DNA from: Patescibacteria group bacterium | GTDB taxonomy: Bacteria > Patescibacteriota > UBA1384 > UBA12157 > JAENIV01 | DNA length: 64,000 nt | Reading direction: 5' to 3' | NCBI GenBank assembly: GCA_041666185.1 | Contig: JBAYHL010000001.1 | Coordinates: forward strand, 2,421 to 66,420 | In this document: piece after piece, positions 59,470 to 64,000 of the stretch | How the letters are laid out: every line of letters begins with the position of its first letter | How positions within the stretch are numbered: position 1 is the stretch's first letter | Notes under the pieces: model-generated | Database searches by the model: none | Seen by the model: the letters and a program-made list of their open reading frames with translations, nothing else | Told to the model about the DNA's origin: nothing | Program-made: the position numbers and the translations under genes

Positions 59470-59516
59470 ACTAGTATTATATACCTAGTATACTAGGTAT
59501 ATAATACTAGTGTCAA
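59470..59516 (-). promoter_or_regulatory. sigma70 promoter embedded in a 42-bp perfect palindrome
   Basis: ACTAGTATTATATACCTAGTA|TACTAGGTATATAATACTAGT; TTGACA-18-TATACT on the minus strand. Confidence 0.8.
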
Positions 59517-59596
59517 GAGAGTAATTAAACCTGTTGTTAGTAATTTATTGAACACCAAAAAGACTTTTCCACAGGTTAAAGTTTATAAAATGAAAA

Positions 59597-60262
59597 TCAG
59601 CTTTGAGAATTTATGATTTGTTGCGGAGGGTTTGCGGGTGGATCGCCTGTTAAGAATACTCTCGGATTAACAGGTATCCCGAAGACTTTTATTTCGAAGT
59701 GTAAATGAGGGCCGGTTGACCAACCTGTATTGCCTCTAGCGCCTATAATAGTGCCAACTACAACCTCATCTCCCTCCTGCACTGCGATACTATCCAAATG
59801 AGCATAGATTGATGTTATATGATGTCCATTGTCGATTTCTACATGTTTGCCAAATCCCCAAGAAGTTTCTCCGGCATAAATAACTTTACCAGCCATAAAA
59901 GCGCCGACAGGGTCGCCGACTTCGTGATTTGGGCTGGCAATATCAATGCCGGTATGGAACGGGTCGTAGGGCAAAAAGACTTGCCCGAATTCAAGAGTAA
60001 CCGGCCCGTTTATAGGCCACATAACAGAAGTTTCTACATGATCAATAATAGCTCCAGTGGCGGGGTCGTGAATATCCACCTGAGTCGTTTGAGGATCGTT
60101 TGATACCAGAACCCCTGAAACTGCGTCTATTCCGACTTGGGTTAACATAAATACCGCTATCACAGGCAGTAGACATACGGCTATGAGAGTTAAGAATATG
60201 ATTTTAATCTCCTGCTTCATGGAGAAAGCAAGAGCGATGTATCGTATTGCAGTCACGTTCAT
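59597..60262 (-). CDS. M23 peptidase of the element (VirB1-like role inferred)
   Basis: HTGIDIA, YAHL and GNTGWSTGPHLHFE; N-terminal TM. Confidence 0.92.
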   Translation of the reverse strand: MNVTAIRYIALAFSMKQEIKIIFLTLIAVCLLPVIAVFMLTQVGIDAVSGVLVSNDPQTTQVDIHDPATGAIIDHVETSVMWPINGPVTLEFGQVFLPYDPFHTGIDIASPNHEVGDPVGAFMAGKVIYAGETSWGFGKHVEIDNGHHITSIYAHLDSIAVQEGDEVVVGTIIGARGNTGWSTGPHLHFEIKVFGIPVNPRVFLTGDPPANPPQQIINSQS

Positions 60263-62046
60263 TATTTCACCCTAGCTAATTCCGCTGGGTCAGTAGTAAT
60301 AAGCGGATGCTCGTTTTCCGAGGCAGTTACTTTAACTGCGACATGGTGCTGGTCGGCGATTATTAAAGCTTCGCCCCGCTCGCAGGTCAATAAAAACTTT
60401 TGTTCATATTCGCTTAGCTTAAATTCCGAGGCCACTTTGTTGATTGTAGTGGTATCTTGCCTCATTAAGATTCTTAGGGCGCTTTGAGAAGCGATCGCTT
60501 GCCCATAGGCATTTTGTAGGAAATCATTTGCTTGCTGAGAGATGATAGACACTCCCAAGTAATACTTTCGAGCTCGTCTAACTAATCCGGCGATAAATCG
60601 GGCACTTTCTTCATGTTCAAGCAAAAGCCATGCTTCATCAATAATCAATAAGCGTTTTTGCATGAATGCTTTTACTTGGTTTTGGACGAATTGGGCGATG
60701 ACCAAATGCATCAGCTGGCGAAGCGACTCGGGCAAATCTTTAGTATCGAAAACCACCAACCTATTATCCAGTTCCAAATTAGTCTGGGAATTAAATACTT
60801 CCGCTAATGAGCCGGTGGTGTATTTTTCCAATCTTCGGCAAAGCTTTGTCTGTTTCAACGATTTAAGTGTCATATAGAAATCGTATAGAAGAGGATAAAT
60901 TTGAGTTTCTCTTTTCTTTGGTTTTTTAGATGACCAGCCGAACTTCTTATAAGTTTGTAATATTGCTTGGTCAACAACTGATTTTTCTTCGGCAGATAAT
61001 CCCTCTGCCATTAGAGAAATTATTTCTGTTAAAGATTGAACATGGTCGGAAAAACTATCCGGCTCGGTGAAGGCATTGACTGATAGATCAAACGGATTTA
61101 TTTTTTCATCAGAATGAACAGAGAGCTTAATATATGTGCCCTTGACCGATTCGGCTAATCTTCGATATTCCCGTTCAGGATCGATCACTAAAATTTTTGT
61201 GCCTTGCATTAAATGGCGCAGAATTTCCACTTTGGCGGTGTAGCTTTTGCCGGCTCCTGATTGGGCGAATAAAATACTGTTGGCATTAGGCAAAGCAAAT
61301 CTGTCCACTATAACAAGAGAGTTATTTGAGCGGTTGATTCCATATAAAATGCCCGATTCCTGGACATATTCAGAGGAGATGAAAGGAAAAGTCATGGCTG
61401 CCGATGAACTGTCTAAGTTTCTCTTTTGAGCCAGTTGGTTATCTCCGCGAGGCAAGACCGACTGCAAACCCTCCAACTGCTGATACATTGCGGTTTTAGT
61501 ATAAAATAGTCTGGTCGCCAATACTGTTTCGAGCAATTTCGTTACTTTGTCTAAGTCGATAAGATTGTCAGCTGCCAGGGCGATGTAGAGCGAAACTTGG
61601 AAGAGATTTTCCTGCCCTCGCTGGATTTTATCCCGCAGTTCGATGGCCGAGTCCAGCGGATCGGTCAGTTCGGAGCCGACAATTTTGCCATCCCTCTCCA
61701 TCGCTCTTTTAGTGGAAATGAGTTCAGTGATTTTACGATTAAGTTTTGGCAGAGCTAAAGTGGCGTCGACCGGCTCGATATGATAGGAAATATCGACATT
61801 ATGGTTGAAGTTAATTAAATGGTTAAGCCAGCCGCTAGAAGCGGTGTAGGGATAGCCCGAAACGAAAAGAGTTCTTAAATATCTTCCGTCAATCACGATA
61901 TGATCGCTTTCTTCCTGAAGTCCAGAGTAAGTTATGAAATCCAACTGGTCTTGCTCGCCGAATTGAAAATTCAGCACTTTCTGCCTTTCGAGCTTTTTAT
62001 CCTTCTTTTTGGGCTTGGTTTTTACTTTAGAAAAAATTTTGTTCAT
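60262..62046 (-). CDS. VirB4-like conjugal transfer ATPase
   Basis: AQSGAGKS, VIDPEREY, INPFD, IIDEAW, RRARKY and ISQ. Confidence 0.9.
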   Translation of the reverse strand: MNKIFSKVKTKPKKKDKKLERQKVLNFQFGEQDQLDFITYSGLQEESDHIVIDGRYLRTLFVSGYPYTASSGWLNHLINFNHNVDISYHIEPVDATLALPKLNRKITELISTKRAMERDGKIVGSELTDPLDSAIELRDKIQRGQENLFQVSLYIALAADNLIDLDKVTKLLETVLATRLFYTKTAMYQQLEGLQSVLPRGDNQLAQKRNLDSSSAAMTFPFISSEYVQESGILYGINRSNNSLVIVDRFALPNANSILFAQSGAGKSYTAKVEILRHLMQGTKILVIDPEREYRRLAESVKGTYIKLSVHSDEKINPFDLSVNAFTEPDSFSDHVQSLTEIISLMAEGLSAEEKSVVDQAILQTYKKFGWSSKKPKKRETQIYPLLYDFYMTLKSLKQTKLCRRLEKYTTGSLAEVFNSQTNLELDNRLVVFDTKDLPESLRQLMHLVIAQFVQNQVKAFMQKRLLIIDEAWLLLEHEESARFIAGLVRRARKYYLGVSIISQQANDFLQNAYGQAIASQSALRILMRQDTTTINKVASEFKLSEYEQKFLLTCERGEALIIADQHHVAVKVTASENEHPLITTDPAELARVK

Positions 62047-62647
62047 TTGTTTGCCTCGCTATTGCCTGAGCAAGCGGCTGAGTTTTGGCTTGATCGGGCT
62101 TATAAAAGCTATAAAATAGGTCTAATATCTCCAAGCCGGTGATTTGCCTTGCCGACATGCCGATTTTCTCCATGCCCTTGATGATTATCTCCTGCTCAAG
62201 AAGCAAATGCTCTTTGGCGATATAAAATTCACTGGCCGTCTTATTGTTATAGGGAATTACGACATAAAATTTTCTGGATAAAATCTTATTGCCGGAGATC
62301 AGTTTTCTAATGAATTTGCTGTAATTCTTCATTTGCTCCAAATAAATTTCTTCGGTTTCATCCGAGCAGGATTCCTGGATATTTTCCAAATACTTTTCGA
62401 TATCCAACTCTCTAATGCGAATCAATATTTGCAATGGAATTGTTAAGGAGTTTAGGAATGATTGAAAATTGTCGATTAAAACATCCTGTTCTTCTTCGCT
62501 TTGCAATTCGAAGTTTAAGGACGACACCGACAAGATCGAACGATAACTGTTGTCTGACAGAACCAAGATATTGTCTCTGATTTCTTTTATTCCGATCTGG
62601 CTTCTGGCCGAGCCCTTATTCTTCGCTTGCTGCAACTGAAACATCAA
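62027..62647 (-). CDS. VirB4 N-terminal-like (TraC/PrgI-associated) protein
   Basis: SSLNFELQSEEEQD, FQSFLNSL..PLQI and RKFYVVIPY; lies between the PrgI-like and ATPase genes. Confidence 0.7.
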   Translation of the reverse strand: MMFQLQQAKNKGSARSQIGIKEIRDNILVLSDNSYRSILSVSSLNFELQSEEEQDVLIDNFQSFLNSLTIPLQILIRIRELDIEKYLENIQESCSDETEEIYLEQMKNYSKFIRKLISGNKILSRKFYVVIPYNNKTASEFYIAKEHLLLEQEIIIKGMEKIGMSARQITGLEILDLFYSFYKPDQAKTQPLAQAIARQTNEQNFF

Positions 62648-63128
62648 TGCCTCCTTTCTTGGCCAGGCCGAAGCGGAAATTAAGCGATGGGTTGCCCAGC
62701 AGCCTGTCGATTTTGACCTGGTCTTCTAGTGAAACAGCATATCTCAATTTTTTCTCTTGCTTTGTTTCTTTGACGACAGTTTTCTTCCTTTCTTCAGTGA
62801 AAGCGATAGCTTCTCCTGCTCGGCTGGCTAAATCATTTTTAGTAAAAATGTATATTCTCGGTCTTAGCTTGAAGCGAAGTAGAATAACCAGCCAATCTAT
62901 TAGAATTTTCCCTTTAATTCGGATAGCCAAAGTGCCGAAAACCAGAAATTGCAGGCCGATTAGAATTAGTTTAATTAAACTGAAACGCGAACTCGGCGGG
63001 ATTAAGACATAAACCGCTGTGCTTGTAATGAGAGGTATAACCAGCATAATAATTTGCGTAAATGTCAGATTGCCGGCGATTCGGTCTTCAACCGTTGTTA
63101 TCTGTGCCGGTACGACTGTTGTTTTCAT
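62616..63128 (-). CDS. PrgI-family (VirB3-like) membrane protein
   Basis: VPAQI..EDRIAGNLTF.Q, two TMs, then PRIYIF. Confidence 0.8.
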   Translation of the reverse strand: MKTTVVPAQITTVEDRIAGNLTFTQIIMLVIPLITSTAVYVLIPPSSRFSLIKLILIGLQFLVFGTLAIRIKGKILIDWLVILLRFKLRPRIYIFTKNDLASRAGEAIAFTEERKKTVVKETKQEKKLRYAVSLEDQVKIDRLLGNPSLNFRFGLAKKGGIDVSVAASEE

Positions 63129-64000
63129 TTTACCCTCGCAGTCTGTTTAATTGTTTGATGAGTGGCAACTTTTGATACAGTATTGCCGCCTGGGCTTAAA
63201 ACATTTAATATTTGTGAACCGAACTTTCTAAACATTCCGCTATTTTGCGATGTTAGAACCAACTGAATCATCGTCGAGCTGCTTTTGAGAAGCACTGAAA
63301 AGAGAGCAATTCCGACTAAAGCGGCGATAAACGGGTTGGAGCCCTCCTGGCCTGGAATAGTTAGAAAAGCTGAGGCCAGCTGAATTAACACGACATGAAC
63401 GAATAAAGTAAATATCATCACCAAGTATGCTTTAGCGGCGCTTTCGGCAAAGCCGGTCGCCTTAGGAATGAGCCACAAAAGGCAAAGGATTGGTGAAATG
63501 ACCGCTCCGAAAGCAAGAATCATCAATCGGCTAATGTAGAAGAGAAGAAGCACGACCGCCAGCACAATGAATATGACAAGGAATATCAGGGTAATGAGCG
63601 CAGTCGTTCCGCTTAATAATGCTGCAGGATCAAAAGCATTCAAAATCCACGCCTGTCCCAATCCGCCCGTCGCACCAAGCACAGCATGTATCAAAACTTG
63701 GCAGAGCTTGATAAACCAATCGATCAAGAAGATTGAGGTATTAGCTAGTAAGAAGGATAAGCCGATCTTCGGCAGAAGTTCCTTTAAGGACAGTTCTTCA
63801 AATCCGAATGAAGAAGCGCTCATAACATGGAATCCTAAAAGGGCGATTACCAGAACATAGAGCGAATCGGTTATTCCGACTATGATCAGCCAGAAATTAA
63901 ATACCACTGAATTGGTTGCCAGTGTCGGCGTATTGGTTAAAAATCCCATAATGCCGTCCATTATTGGTTTAGTGGCTGATTGGACGATATTTTTCAAGAA
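63125..64000 (-). CDS. VirB6/TrbL-like polytopic membrane protein (5' end outside the window)
   Basis: Many TM segments with R..IL....ISP.....IP; position upstream of the PrgI-like gene. Confidence 0.7.
   Translation of the reverse strand, partial: FLKNIVQSATKPIMDGIMGFLTNTPTLATNSVVFNFWLIIVGITDSLYVLVIALLGFHVMSASSFGFEELSLKELLPKIGLSFLLANTSIFLIDWFIKLCQVLIHAVLGATGGLGQAWILNAFDPAALLSGTTALITLIFLVIFIVLAVVLLLFYISRLMILAFGAVISPILCLLWLIPKATGFAESAAKAYLVMIFTLFVHVVLIQLASAFLTIPGQEGSNPFIAALVGIALFSVLLKSSSTMIQLVLTSQNSGMFRKFGSQILNVLSPGGNTVSKVATHQTIKQTARVK

Larger units (their letters stand above)
57672..64000. mobile_element. integrative, putatively conjugative element; extends beyond the window
   Basis: Integrase abutting the tRNA 3' end, visibly higher GC, co-oriented T4SS-like genes. 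Confidence 0.8.

Noticed and set aside
59470-59511. Protelomerase (hairpin telomere) target site
   Set aside because: Size and symmetry would fit, but no protelomerase is visible and overlap with a promoter is the simpler explanation
880-63860. Many 60-140 aa ORFs overlapping identified genes (e.g. 4116..4385, 14593..14937, 19900..20244, 55993..56331, 62647..63012)
   Set aside because: Antisense or alternate-frame shadows of well-supported genes, without SD or recognisable motifs
1-64000. Alternative genetic code (TGA as Gly or Trp)
   Set aside because: Conserved genes are full length in code 11 and several end properly at TGA (lgt, amrS, dUTPase)

Overview
AT-rich bacterial chromosome segment in the standard genetic code. 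Gene content and style suggest a Patescibacteria/CPR genome (inference): trimmed housekeeping genes, a def-fmt fusion, a giant repeat surface protein and short palindromic repeats. The backbone carries uvrA, rnhB, infC-rpmI-rplT, lgt, lepB, an AmmeMemoRadiSam trio, a degenerate priA, gpmI, rpsP-khpA-trmD, rplY, miaB, thrS, a dCMP deaminase/dUTPase/ThyX-like/glyA operon, smpB, udk, superoxide reductase, HU, two ABC systems and a two-component system. It also has RNase P RNA, tmRNA and five tRNAs. From about 57.67 kb to the end is a GC-richer integrative element at tRNA-Pro(CGG), with a large serine recombinase and a VirB4/PrgI/VirB6-like module. Best leads: (1) the recombinase ORF reads antisense through the whole target tRNA and its promoter sits in a 42-bp perfect palindrome; (2) an XRE-HTH/Hsp20 fusion with an internal in-frame start and a candidate self-operator; (3) one short palindromic element found both in-frame in RNase HII and in RNase P RNA P12, with relatives at start codons; (4) a very divergent two-domain ThyX with split catalytic motifs. 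All calls come from reading motifs by eye; no searches were run.
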